Assembly: GCA_028279825.1 (NCBI GenBank) | Contig: JANQNA010000008.1 | Coordinates: forward strand, 35,173-99,172 | Length of the DNA: 64,000 bases | Direction: 5' to 3' | DNA from: an archaeon | Lineage (GTDB): Archaea; Aenigmatarchaeota; Aenigmatarchaeia; GW2011-AR5 | Shown here: positions 49,542 to 59,082 of the stretch, piece by piece | Layout of the letters: every line of letters starts with the position of its first letter | Numbering within the stretch: the first letter of the stretch is position 1 | Position numbers and translations under genes: made by a program | Notes under the pieces: generated by a model | Told to the model about the DNA's origin: nothing | The model's database searches: none | What the model saw: only the letters and a program-made list of their open reading frames with translations

Positions 49542-50960
49542 CTATTTAGAAATTGACAGGTAGGCATTGTCTGCATATACTTCGTCTACGTTACAGTCAC
49601 AGCAGTCACCTGCATCTACCTGGAACGTGACTGATTTTGTGGCCACTGGCGTTAACCATGTTTCTTTGACTTCGACCCAGCCAGTACCTTTAGAACCGGC
49701 CCAATTGCCTATCTTTTCGTCTATTATCTGATCCTGGGAATCATAGGCAGTCAGATGCAATCTTGCATCATTAGCTAAACACGTTTCTCCGGGCAGCTGC
49801 GCGCAGGAATTACAGCTGTTGCCGGAAACTTTCAGGAATGCTGACGCTTCTGCCACATATGCACCGGAAAACGTGAATTTCCTGTTCTGAAGCATCATCG
49901 TGTTCGGATAAACACCGCTTGAGAACTTGGTACACATATTTGGAGAGTAACAGGTGGCGCCATAATTGTCTATGTTGGCCCCGCCAACTTCAACCCAGCC
50001 CTCCTGGAGCTGAACGGCAATCTGGGTGAATATTGACATCAGCTCCTCACTTGTAGGAGAAAAGTAATAATTACCTCCGGTAAGATTTGCTATAAGCATT
50101 AACTGCGGCTCGTCCACGTCATCACCAAGGCCAATTGCGTATATGGTTACATTCTGGGCTGCTGCTTCAGCTGCACGGCCTTCAGGGTCTGAATTCCTTG
50201 TTTCTCTCCCGTCTGTAAGCAAAACCTGGATTTTCTTGTCCAGACCATAAACAGCAAGTTCGTTTGTTGCCGTATATATGCCGTCTCCGATTGCCGTCCA
50301 GCCACGCGCTGAGAGATCGTCTATCTCGTCTTTTACAGCTTGTTTATCTATAGTTAACTGCTGGTCTAATCTTGCGCTGGTTGAGAAGCTAACAAGTCCT
50401 ACTTCATCCAGATCATCAGTTATGTCAACAAAAGACGTTGCAGCATCCTTTGCATCCTCCATTTTGTTGTCGTTTCTCATGCTGCCTGACCGATCAAGAA
50501 CAAGGAAGATACTTATTGGTTCGTGCAATGTCTCCCCAAATAGCGGTTCTGTGATGATATTGGACTTCTTCACGTTTATTTTGCTCACGGCCTTGGATCC
50601 CGGGATAGAAAGACGAAAATCATATGTCCCTGCGGCCAAAAATCCTCCCGACAGATTCAATTCGCTTACCTTGTTCTTTTCCAGGTCCACAGGATTTATC
50701 TCTATGTATTTGCCGTCAACGTACAACACCAGAGTATCATTAGGTATCATATTGCCAAGATTCCTGACAAACACCTTTTCGCTGTTTGCATTGTCAATTG
50801 TGACGGATGTCGACTGCCCCACAAAGGCTTCGGCTTCCTCTTCAACAATCTCCGTAGAAGTGTCCCCTATACCCTGAAAAGCAACGTAAGCAAGCAACAT
50901 ACTCACTGCTACTATAAGTAACAACATGACTGTAGCAATAGTTGCTGATATTCCCTTCAC
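49542..50960 (-). CDS. type IV pilin-like (class III signal peptide) protein with von Willebrand factor A domain
   Basis: N-terminus MKGISATIATVMLLLIVAVSMLLAYVAF resembles archaeal prepilin signal; MIDAS motif FLVLDRSGSM; C-terminal Cys-rich beta region. Confidence 0.65.
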   Translation of the reverse strand: MKGISATIATVMLLLIVAVSMLLAYVAFQGIGDTSTEIVEEEAEAFVGQSTSVTIDNANSEKVFVRNLGNMIPNDTLVLYVDGKYIEINPVDLEKNKVSELNLSGGFLAAGTYDFRLSIPGSKAVSKINVKKSNIITEPLFGETLHEPISIFLVLDRSGSMRNDNKMEDAKDAATSFVDITDDLDEVGLVSFSTSARLDQQLTIDKQAVKDEIDDLSARGWTAIGDGIYTATNELAVYGLDKKIQVLLTDGRETRNSDPEGRAAEAAAQNVTIYAIGLGDDVDEPQLMLIANLTGGNYYFSPTSEELMSIFTQIAVQLQEGWVEVGGANIDNYGATCYSPNMCTKFSSGVYPNTMMLQNRKFTFSGAYVAEASAFLKVSGNSCNSCAQLPGETCLANDARLHLTAYDSQDQIIDEKIGNWAGSKGTGWVEVKETWLTPVATKSVTFQVDAGDCCDCNVDEVYADNAYLSISK

Positions 50961-51142
50961 AATAATTATTTGTCAACGGGTCATATTAAAGTTCTGCTAA
51001 ACGTATTTTTCGATCTACAGAAAAACAGTCCAAAAACTGTAACTACTGTAAAGTGAGGGCAAACAGAAAGGTATTTAAGGTTATGCTCTGATCGGAATGT
51101 TTAAATAGTGGACCGAATGTAAGGAAATTTGGGTGTGACAAA

Positions 51143-51520
51143 ATGAAATCCACAAACGCAGGAGAATGGGCATACCTTGTATCAGTAGTCATTGCAGTTC
51201 TTGCCGGTATCGGCGCTGCTGCTGGCTTCGGAGCATCCAGCTGGGTAGCTGTTTTGCTTGTGATACTCGGTGCAATTGTCGGTCTCTTGAATATATCTGA
51301 GAAAGAAACAACTTCTTTCTTGGTAGCTACAGTAGCTTTGATTGTAGCAAGTCTAGGCGCTACAGTTGCCGGTGACGCAGGAGCATTCTTGCCATTGAAT
51401 GTTATCCCAGGTCTTGGTACACTGATTAACGCTATAGTTGCTAACATCGCAATATTCGCAGCTCCAGCTGCAATAATTGTGGCAGTCAAGGCTATTATGA
51501 ACCTAGCAAGCAGAAAATAA
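51143..51520 (+). CDS. Gly/Ala-rich small membrane protein
   Basis: 125 aa, 4 hydrophobic helices; preferred over overlapping antisense ORF 51043..51573. Confidence 0.35.
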   Translation: MKSTNAGEWAYLVSVVIAVLAGIGAAAGFGASSWVAVLLVILGAIVGLLNISEKETTSFLVATVALIVASLGATVAGDAGAFLPLNVIPGLGTLINAIVANIAIFAAPAAIIVAVKAIMNLASRK

Positions 51521-51575
51521 ACGTAAAGGTTCGACCGACTACTTTTGTTCGATTTTTTTCTTTTCCTCTTCATTT

Positions 51576-52751
51576 TTATTCTTGTAGAAAACGCGTAGCT
51601 ATCGTTGTGTAAATGACTGTTGCCAGGATGACAACGAATACGATATCTGAAAAGATTTGAGCGTTTGGTATTCCATAGGCTACAGGCAGCTGGGCCAATA
51701 CTGCTGATGCCAGTCCTCTGGGAGCCATTGTCTTGATCATGTCTTTTTCCGGCTTTGTAATTCTCAGTTTATAGGTACTCACGTTTACGGCCAATAAGCG
51801 AACCAGGATGATAATAATGGATATTGCCAATCCGTATATAATATACGTAGGATTGATGCTTACAATGATACCCAGGTAAACGAAGAAGAAGGATCTGATA
51901 AAGAAGGATACTTCTCCCTGGAAAGTGCGTAAAACTTTAGTAAATCCAAACCGCATATGCTTCATTTTGAGCATAATTGAGAAGGCCTTTCCGTTGCCCA
52001 GTACCAGGCCAAAGGCCAAAGCGGCTATGGCGCCTGAGCCAGATACAGATTCTACTGACACGTACAGAAGGAACAGAACTGATAATGTCAACATGTAGTC
52101 AAACGGCTTGCCCTTTATTTTCTCTAAAACGAATAACCAGGCTACACCGGCTACAAATCCCGTGACTGCTCCCACGGAAAAGGCTGATATGATCCCCTGA
52201 AGAGGGTTTACAGCCGTGTTCTGTGAAATTATGTTCAATAATACGATTGAGACAACAATGACAATAGGATCCGTGAAAATAGACTCTAAGATAACGATCA
52301 TTTTAGGGTTTTCTCTTACCTTTAATCGACGGGCTATGGAAATTACCACAGCCGAGGAGGTACCTCCTACGATCGTACCCATCAGCAGGCTGTACAGAAT
52401 GGAAAAGTCCATGAAAAAGAACGCAAATCCCGCTACCAGCAACAGAGTAAGCAAAAACCCTACAATGGACATTAGAATACTTCGCGGAAAACTACGGAGC
52501 ATCTTGTAGAAGTCCATGTTCACGCCAGCGTCGAAAAGAATTATTATCAGTGCTAATGCAGCCAGGAACGGTGTTATGGCTAAAAACAGTGAACGATCGA
52601 CCAGGTTGAATACCGGACCTACTAAAATCCCGAAAATCATGAGCCAGAATACGTCTGGTATTCTTGTCTTGTCGAAGAACAGATAACCGATATATCCAAC
52701 AATTATCGTTATACCGAAAAGTACCAGAAGGCTCAAACTGTCAACAGCCAT
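51576..52751 (-). CDS. polytopic membrane transporter (cation:proton antiporter-like)
   Basis: ~390 aa, 11-12 TM helices, GPxxNLVD-like N-terminal motif. ORF track gives 51576..52856; start trimmed to internal Met because the upstream part is encoded by a promoter palindrome. Confidence 0.45.
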   Translation of the reverse strand: MAVDSLSLLVLFGITIIVGYIGYLFFDKTRIPDVFWLMIFGILVGPVFNLVDRSLFLAITPFLAALALIIILFDAGVNMDFYKMLRSFPRSILMSIVGFLLTLLLVAGFAFFFMDFSILYSLLMGTIVGGTSSAVVISIARRLKVRENPKMIVILESIFTDPIVIVVSIVLLNIISQNTAVNPLQGIISAFSVGAVTGFVAGVAWLFVLEKIKGKPFDYMLTLSVLFLLYVSVESVSGSGAIAALAFGLVLGNGKAFSIMLKMKHMRFGFTKVLRTFQGEVSFFIRSFFFVYLGIIVSINPTYIIYGLAISIIIILVRLLAVNVSTYKLRITKPEKDMIKTMAPRGLASAVLAQLPVAYGIPNAQIFSDIVFVVILATVIYTTIATRFLQE

Positions 52752-52840
52752 AGAATTAATATCTCTATACCGTATAAATAGACTATACACAAAATTAGTT
52801 AACTTTTTAAGGAACCATAATAAAGTCTCAAAAGGTGATT

Positions 52841-52860
52841 GAATGAACCTGTTCATTCAG
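52841..52860. promoter_or_regulatory. perfect palindrome TGAATGAAC-CT-GTTCATTCA in divergent promoter region (transporter / tRNA-Thr)
   Basis: 9-bp perfectly complementary arms, 2-nt spacer, 9 nt upstream of tRNA-Thr 5' end. Confidence 0.35.
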
Positions 52861-52868
52861 TCGGTTTT

Positions 52869-52941
52869 GCCACCGTAGCTCAACTGGCAGAGCATTGGTT
52901 TTGTAAACCAAAGGTTGGGGGTTCAACTCCTCCCGGTGGCT
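52869..52941 (+). tRNA. tRNA-Thr(UGU)
   Basis: Cloverleaf folded by eye: acceptor GCCACCG/CGGTGGC+U73, D GCTC/GAGC, anticodon stem TTGGT/ACCAA loop uU-UGU-AA, T-arm GGGGG-TTCAACT-CCTCC. Confidence 0.8.
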
Positions 52942-52971
52942 CTTTTAATTCTTTTCGGTCATAGTGATCCC

Positions 52972-53235
52972 ATGAGTGACTATACAGATACGATTGCCAG
53001 AAACTGGTTTGAACAAATGAACGGCGGTCATCCTGAGCTAAAGGAAAAGGGATACCGGTTCTGGACGAATACAGATGCTGATTCCAGCGACGAAGCAGCA
53101 TTGCAAGATGTGGCAAGCAGATACGCAAAACATGGTGAAGTTTTGATTAGATTCCCTGCAAGATACCCTGGGCCTGACGGGTCTACCAGAGAAAATGAAA
53201 GAATGGTAGGAGTATTTGTAAGACCTAGGGAATAG
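52972..53235 (+). CDS. hypothetical protein
   Basis: 87 aa from internal Met (ORF track 52915.. overlaps the tRNA). Confidence 0.35.
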   Translation: MSDYTDTIARNWFEQMNGGHPELKEKGYRFWTNTDADSSDEAALQDVASRYAKHGEVLIRFPARYPGPDGSTRENERMVGVFVRPRE

Positions 53236-53245
53236 GTGTGAGCCA

Positions 53246-53614
53246 ATGAGATATAAAACTCAACGGTTTGAAATTGATAATACCTTTTTGGAAAACGAAT
53301 ACGCCACAAAAAAAAGTCCCACTGATGGTTTCAACGATGGACCCCATACATTATTTGTAGGTTCTGATCCTTCTGATTCTATACAAACTCCTGTTGTTTT
53401 TTATCAAAAAGTCATAAAAGTTGGTTTCCGTGATACTAACTATGAAATTCGTGGTACCGTTAAAGTACTTGGCGTACATCTTGGTCATAGATTTAATCCT
53501 GACACCGGCTGGGATGAAATAGAGGCAGGCAGGATATTTGATCATGCCACTAGAAGAGAAGTTGTCACAAAACTAAGAGAAATGGGATACAAAGGCGGTA
53601 TAGAGTTCTTGTAG
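53246..53614 (+). CDS. hypothetical protein
   Basis: 122 aa ORF. Confidence 0.4.
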   Translation: MRYKTQRFEIDNTFLENEYATKKSPTDGFNDGPHTLFVGSDPSDSIQTPVVFYQKVIKVGFRDTNYEIRGTVKVLGVHLGHRFNPDTGWDEIEAGRIFDHATRREVVTKLREMGYKGGIEFL

Positions 53615-53656
53615 CGGTTTTCTTCTTTTAAATAAAGGCCCGGTGGAATTAAACAT

Positions 53657-53818
53657 ATGGCAGAGAAACTTTCTGAACTGGTTCCAAGTGTCATTGCTCT
53701 TGCAATGGGGGTAGTTGGAATCGTGTTGGCAGTAATTGGTCAACCTGCTGATGCTATTGTCCCGCTTTTGGCTATAGGCCTTTTGGTACTTGGTTTTGCT
53801 GGTTTGAATAAAAGCTAA
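53657..53818 (+). CDS. small membrane protein
   Basis: 53 aa two-helix hydrophobic ORF below track threshold. Confidence 0.3.
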   Translation: MAEKLSELVPSVIALAMGVVGIVLAVIGQPADAIVPLLAIGLLVLGFAGLNKS

Positions 53819-53866
53819 TTGGTTTTTTACTGTTTCTGACCAAGTAGATACATGGAAAGAGAGGAA

Positions 53867-54001
53867 ATGGTCAAGCAGGTTAAAGAACTGGAAGAATACA
53901 TCAGCTGTTTTTATGCTGAATCTCCAGAAGATGAGGAAGTATTGAAACGTCTGAAAGACAAGATCCATGTCATGAAATGGGCTATTCATGGACGATACTA
54001 G
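53867..54001 (+). CDS. small hypothetical protein
   Basis: 44 aa ORF with strong SD AGAGAGGAAATG. Confidence 0.25.
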   Translation: MVKQVKELEEYISCFYAESPEDEEVLKRLKDKIHVMKWAIHGRY

Positions 54002-54063
54002 TCACTACTAGCTAGTTATAAATATACTATACCTTTATATACTCCAGAAATCTTAGTATATTC

Positions 54064-54432
54064 ATGGGAAATGAGAAACCAACATCATATCTTAAAGTGA
54101 AAGAAGACCACCCAGACGCACATTTACTCAAAGGTCCGTTCAATGCTGAATTCAATGCTGAACTAACCGGTCCTAGATATTGCCAACATTTGGCTAGACC
54201 TGATTCAGAACGTCTTGGTAAACCAAGGACAAGGCACGGTCGCGGTGATATTGTTGTGGAAGGCCTTTCTAGATATGGAGCTGAAATGGTTTTTGGTGCA
54301 GTTGGGTCTGCTGATACAGAACTTGAAGTTATGAATGCAGTATATGAACTAGATTTTCTATCTCCGCGTAAAATACCATCAGATACAGCAAGGGCAAATG
54401 CGATAGCAGCGGCAAGACGTCAAAGTGCTTAA
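54064..54432 (+). CDS. hypothetical protein
   Basis: 122 aa ORF. Confidence 0.35.
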   Translation: MGNEKPTSYLKVKEDHPDAHLLKGPFNAEFNAELTGPRYCQHLARPDSERLGKPRTRHGRGDIVVEGLSRYGAEMVFGAVGSADTELEVMNAVYELDFLSPRKIPSDTARANAIAAARRQSA

Positions 54433-54482
54433 TTTTGCGACTTCAACATTAGTTTTTTAAGGACAGTGTAGGTTAGATTCTT

Positions 54483-54764
54483 ATGGATAAAGAGAAAGTC
54501 ATAGAGGCGTTGAAGCAGGTAAATGATCCCGAAATAGACCTGAACGTATGGTTTTTGGGTCTCATATATGATATAGATATAGACGGCAATAACGTAAAGA
54601 TAAAGATGACATTTACGACCCCCTACTGTCCATATGGACCCGCTCTTGTGGCGGACGTAGAGAAAAAGGTAAAGGAGGCAGGGGCTGAGAAAGTGGAAGT
54701 AGAGGTTGTTCTTGAGCCTAAATGGGAGCCTAATGAAGAAGTAAAGATGGCTTTGGGTGTTTAG
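54483..54764 (+). CDS. DUF59/MIP18-family Fe-S assembly protein (SufT-like)
   Basis: LKQVNDPEIDLNVWFLGLIYDIDIDGNNVKIKMTFTTPYCPYGPAL with the conserved Cys of DUF59. Confidence 0.75.
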   Translation: MDKEKVIEALKQVNDPEIDLNVWFLGLIYDIDIDGNNVKIKMTFTTPYCPYGPALVADVEKKVKEAGAEKVEVEVVLEPKWEPNEEVKMALGV

Positions 54765-55154
54765 ATGATCATACCTGCTCTGTTATCGCTGGCTCTGACG
54801 ACGCCTACAGAAGTTTATTGTGAAAAGGGAGAAAAGGAATACCTTGCAATGATCGTTGACGATTCAAAGGTAGGTTATGTCGCCAGACTTAAATGTGTGG
54901 CTGATGGCGACGTTGTCATAAACACGAGGGACGTGCCGGACAAAAGATATAAGCTTGACATGGATCTTGGTGAATTATTTGAGGAGGGTGAAGAATGCTC
55001 TGCCGGACATCTTCACAGAGACCCGCCGGAAGGACATCCTGCAGGTACTGTTTATTGGAGAGAGGGTAGATACAAAAAAGACGTCAATTCCGGGATGGAA
55101 CTGATCAAGGATTCCTTTGAAGCATGCAGGGAAGCAGAAAATCCCGGAACTTAG
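54765..55154 (+). CDS. hypothetical secreted protein
   Basis: 129 aa, N-terminal hydrophobic segment. Confidence 0.35.
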   Translation: MIIPALLSLALTTPTEVYCEKGEKEYLAMIVDDSKVGYVARLKCVADGDVVINTRDVPDKRYKLDMDLGELFEEGEECSAGHLHRDPPEGHPAGTVYWREGRYKKDVNSGMELIKDSFEACREAENPGT

Positions 55155-55184
55155 CTTTTTATGCTTAATAATAAAGTGGTAAAG

Positions 55185-55625
55185 ATGGATTGTTTGTTTT
55201 GTAAAATCGTGAAGGGTGAAATGCCTGCTAAGAAAGTATACGAGGACGATTCAGTTATAGCATTTCTGGATATTAATCCGGCAAACCCTGGACATACGCT
55301 GGTTGTACCTAAAAAACACACAGAAACCATAGCTGATATTGAAGATTCTGATTTAGAAAAAGTAATTGTGGTTGTCAAGAATATTGCAAAAAAACTCAAG
55401 GACGAGCTTGACACAGCGGGACTGAATATTGTACAGAATAACGGAAAACTGGCCGGTCAATTAGTGAGTCATATTCATTTTCACGTAATTCCGCGCTTTG
55501 CCGGAGACCAGGTAATCATAACCTACCAGAGAGCGCAGGTTGATGAAAATAAAATGGAAGAGATCAGAAAGAAACTAACAGAAGAGGCTGCACCTGCTCC
55601 AAAGGATCTTGACCTCGATTTCTAG
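55185..55625 (+). CDS. HIT-family (histidine triad) nucleotide hydrolase
   Basis: HIHFHVIPR histidine triad; N-terminal CLFCKIV. ORF track gives 55161..55625; start trimmed to the Met preceding this block. Confidence 0.85.
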   Translation: MDCLFCKIVKGEMPAKKVYEDDSVIAFLDINPANPGHTLVVPKKHTETIADIEDSDLEKVIVVVKNIAKKLKDELDTAGLNIVQNNGKLAGQLVSHIHFHVIPRFAGDQVIITYQRAQVDENKMEEIRKKLTEEAAPAPKDLDLDF

Positions 55626-55918
55626 ATCATCAGAAACATGAAATACAGGACCATCAGAAAGTCCACAATTGTTATGGCTGTTATTGCTGTGCGGATGGCT
55701 CCCTCGGATCCCCAGAGAAAAGTGAATCTGGATACGTTTGCGTAAAGAGCAAACAGTATCAGAGGAAGAAACAGCAATATACCTATCACGTAGAATTCAA
55801 AGTAGCCAAAACCAAACGTGAAAGCCGGGACGAAGAAGTATGAAAATCCGGCCAGAAGTATGATTATGTACAGCACGGCTGTCACAAGAAAATAATCCGG
55901 GTATTTCTCCCTGTTCAT
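55622..55918 (-). CDS. membrane protein
   Basis: 98 aa, 3 TM helices. Confidence 0.35.
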   Translation of the reverse strand: MNREKYPDYFLVTAVLYIIILLAGFSYFFVPAFTFGFGYFEFYVIGILLFLPLILFALYANVSRFTFLWGSEGAIRTAITAITIVDFLMVLYFMFLMI

Positions 55919-55970
55919 AAAAGAATTATGTTGCAGGTCATATTTATACTACGATGACTAAAACGTATTC

Positions 55971-56345
55971 ATGGAGAGGAGATACATCCTGCTTGCAATA
56001 GCAATAGTGGTTATAATACTCTTTTTGATTGGCGGGTCATATTCAGACAACTGCGCGAGCATTGGTGGATGCAGATCCTGCTGGAGTTCGAACGCTGTTG
56101 TGGTTGAATCTGATTTATGTACGGAAACAGGAAGATGTTTGGCTGAGCCTTCGGCACAGCAGACAAATGCCATATCAGATGTTATACTTTGCGCGTGTGA
56201 AGACGCGAAAATCGTGAGCTACGCTGATGCTTCGCTTAACCGGCAAATCCAGGACTTTGTCGCTTTCTACACCCCTTACAACATAACAGCCGGGGAAATA
56301 TGCGAGCAGCCTGGTTTATTTCTGGCAAAAACAGCCTACGAGTAA
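55971..56345 (+). CDS. membrane-anchored Cys-rich small protein
   Basis: 124 aa; N-terminal TM then 8 Cys. Confidence 0.35.
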   Translation: MERRYILLAIAIVVIILFLIGGSYSDNCASIGGCRSCWSSNAVVVESDLCTETGRCLAEPSAQQTNAISDVILCACEDAKIVSYADASLNRQIQDFVAFYTPYNITAGEICEQPGLFLAKTAYE

Positions 56346-56496
56346 TTATAAACACAAACCACTATATGGTGATGATATTCTGTAGATTGTGCTATACAGA
56401 TGAATACCATAATACAACTATCCGAAAATAGCGGTATTCATCAAGTATAAATGGTTTGCCACCATATAATTATAATTGTAGACTTTCCATTTCCAG

Positions 56497-56724
56497 GTGG
56501 TTGAAATGGAAGACAAAAAGTTTTCTGAATTGATAAGAGCCGTGAAGGCCCTCAAGGCTATGAATCCGACTGAACTTGATATCAGCCAGATTGTGAAATC
56601 TTTTACACAGGATGATAACCTGTCAGTAGACCAGAGACTGATGCTGGAAAGTGAATTAAAGAAAAAGGTCAAGTCATCCACGGAAGTTTCTAAAACGTAT
56701 TACGATGCAACAGATTACTTCTGA
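56497..56724 (+). CDS. hypothetical protein
   Basis: 75 aa ORF. Confidence 0.3.
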   Translation: MVEMEDKKFSELIRAVKALKAMNPTELDISQIVKSFTQDDNLSVDQRLMLESELKKKVKSSTEVSKTYYDATDYF

Positions 56725-56783
56725 AGTGTAATGTACATGTAACGTTCAAAATTTTTATAAACTTTTCATATATACAACACACT

Positions 56784-57104
56784 ATGGGACACATGAATTC
56801 TGACAGTGATTTTGCAGCAAGTGGAAAGGTACTTTCAGTATCTCGTGGGAGATATGGAGAGCCACCTATCGGTGAATCAGATATGATTACACTGGTTATT
56901 GAAACTGGAGAAGGCAATTACACGGCTGATTTTCCAGTCCGTACACGAACTGATCTTGAATTATTGCCATATCAATCAGCCCTGGTTGGGACTGAAGTTG
57001 GATACTCCAAAAGATTTGAAGGACCGGACCTGCTTGAACAATGGGAACTCAAAATTTTATCAGGTCCTTTAGAGGGAAACTCTTTCAGAGGTACAAGAGC
57101 TTGA
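56784..57104 (+). CDS. hypothetical protein
   Basis: 106 aa ORF. Confidence 0.35.
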   Translation: MGHMNSDSDFAASGKVLSVSRGRYGEPPIGESDMITLVIETGEGNYTADFPVRTRTDLELLPYQSALVGTEVGYSKRFEGPDLLEQWELKILSGPLEGNSFRGTRA

Positions 57105-57296
57105 ACCATAATCTACTTCTAACCTACCTTATCCTACGGAAAAATGAAAGAAAAAACAAAAACTTAACATGTAGGTAAAAAATTTCTGAAAATTTTTTAA
57201 CCACGTGTATGGCAACGTATCAGAATGCTTATATAGTGGTTAAAAACCTAAAACAGTTACCAAAAAAATACTTTCAAAAAATATGGAGGAATTCAA

Positions 57297-58337
57297 ATGA
57301 CCGACATGAACGACGACGTGGCTAACTTTCACGTAGAACAGGCAAGAATTGTAGTCGTCGGTGCTGGAGGAGGCGGAGGTAACACCATTGACCGACTTAC
57401 ACAAGTAGGTATCACTGGTGCTACAACCATTGCTGCTAACACTGATGCAAAACACTTGGCAGTCACAAAGGCTGACAAGAGAATTCTACTAGGAAGGGAG
57501 CTTACGCGAGGAATGGGTGCAGGTGGATTTCCAGAAGTTGGAAAAAAATCTGCCGAAGAATCCAAGAACGACATACGAGAATCACTCCAGGGTTGCGATC
57601 TGCTTTTCCTTACGTGCGGACTTGGCGGAGGTACAGGTACAGGAGCAGCTCCTGTCATTGCATACCTTGCCAAAGAAATGGGTGCAATTGTAATAGCTGC
57701 AGTTACACTACCTTTCAAGATTGAGGGTGCGAGACTCAACAAAGCAGAGGAGGGTCTTGCGAAATTACGAGAGGTTTGCGACACAGTAATTGTGATTGAA
57801 AACCAGAAGCTCGTAGAACTAGCAGGAAATCGGCCGCTTAAGGAAGCGTTCGGTATAGCTGACGGCCTGATATCAACAATGATAAAGGGCATTACAGAGA
57901 CAATTTCACAACCGTCTCTTGTAAACCTTGACTATGCTGACGTAAGAACCATAATGAGAGCGGGCGGCGTAGCAACTATCGGTGTTGGTGAAAGTGACTC
58001 ACAAAACAGGGCTAGAGAAGCAGTAACAAAGGCTTTATCCCATCCATTACTAGACGTTGACTACTCTGGTGCATCCGGAGCGCTTATACAGATAATAGGC
58101 GGCGAGGATATGAAGCTGGAGGAAATCAGCACAATAGGCGAGACTATATCTCAACATATGGATCCAGAAGCTCTGGTAATGTGGGGAGCTCGAATATTAC
58201 CTGAATACTCCGGGAAGATCCAGGTAATAAGCATCATCACAGGTGTGAAATCGCCATACATCCTTGGAAAAACAGCAGCAAGAGCTGCAGCAAAGAACAA
58301 GGTGGCCAATGAACTCGGAATCGAGGTCATTGTCTAA
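57297..58337 (+). CDS. ftsZ: cell division GTPase FtsZ
   Basis: Tubulin signature GGGTGTGAAPVIA, T7 loop region, 346 aa. Confidence 0.92.
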   Translation: MTDMNDDVANFHVEQARIVVVGAGGGGGNTIDRLTQVGITGATTIAANTDAKHLAVTKADKRILLGRELTRGMGAGGFPEVGKKSAEESKNDIRESLQGCDLLFLTCGLGGGTGTGAAPVIAYLAKEMGAIVIAAVTLPFKIEGARLNKAEEGLAKLREVCDTVIVIENQKLVELAGNRPLKEAFGIADGLISTMIKGITETISQPSLVNLDYADVRTIMRAGGVATIGVGESDSQNRAREAVTKALSHPLLDVDYSGASGALIQIIGGEDMKLEEISTIGETISQHMDPEALVMWGARILPEYSGKIQVISIITGVKSPYILGKTAARAAAKNKVANELGIEVIV

Positions 58338-58384
58338 ACAGTCCTATGATGCATCAAAGATGCATCAACGGATTAACAATTAAT

Positions 58385-58660
58385 AAGGTCCGTTCAGCGA
58401 AATCGGGACGGACTTTATTATCATAGTTACCAGGAAACGCTTGGTGCCTAGAGCCTGAGTGTAACCTGCTAATATGGCTCCGGGCTTTGGTTTTGGGGCC
58501 ATCATAGTTATAAGCTAGCGAAATCCCTGACGGGGTCTAGGAGAGCATTTGTCAGACTCTTCGGACGGGCTATAACCAAGCAAGCGGTGATGTAAGGACG
58601 TTGAGGCACGACAAACAGAACAAGAGGCGCAAAATTATCGTTTCGGCGATTATTTTTTTG
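58385..58660 (+). ncRNA. candidate structured ncRNA in GC-rich ORF-free gap (RNase P RNA-like motifs; identity unresolved)
   Basis: ~520 bp without credible ORF, GC clearly above local average, multiple complementary segments (GTCCGTTC/GGACGGAC; CTAGAGCC.../GGTCTAGGAGAGC), ACGACAAACAGAAC resembling RNase P CR-IV. Strand and ends uncertain. Confidence 0.25.
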
Positions 58661-59082
58661 CTCGTTTTGTTTGCCAATAGTACCATAACTCCAATGATAC
58701 ATTGTTTGCTGCTTGACGGATTGGATAGCAGATACTAATCCTGTTTTATATAGGAAACGGGAGGATCGTACACGCTAGAGGCGTTACCGGCATATCTGCT
58801 ACACCAACTTCCACATCAGAAATCATCAGCAGTCCCGCCAGTTCAGCGGGATTGTTTATAATCAAGTGATCAATATGCGATTGGTAAAGGTAAAGAGAAA
58901 CCAGCAGGAAAAGACGATAGGCAATTTACGATTAGTTTTCAGTGTGCTCAACGTCTGCGAGGCTACCAAGGAAAACGAATGTACTACGCTTGATTTCTAC
59001 CAGATATTCAATGTAACGGAAGTCTGGGATCTGGAAGCTGTAGAAGTCGAAGAATAAAAGGCTGATTATTCATAATATTTCT

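Noticed and set aside
51043-51573. 176-aa minus-strand ORF antisense to the Gly/Ala-rich membrane protein
   Set aside because: The + strand ORF has a coherent 4-TM architecture and better start context; the minus ORF is low-complexity Ala/Thr/Pro shadow translation. The choice is uncertain.
52880-53128. 82-aa minus-strand ORF and the 5' extension of ORF 52915..53235
   Set aside because: Both overlap the tRNA-Thr gene; the ORF was trimmed to the internal Met at 52972 and the antisense ORF discarded.
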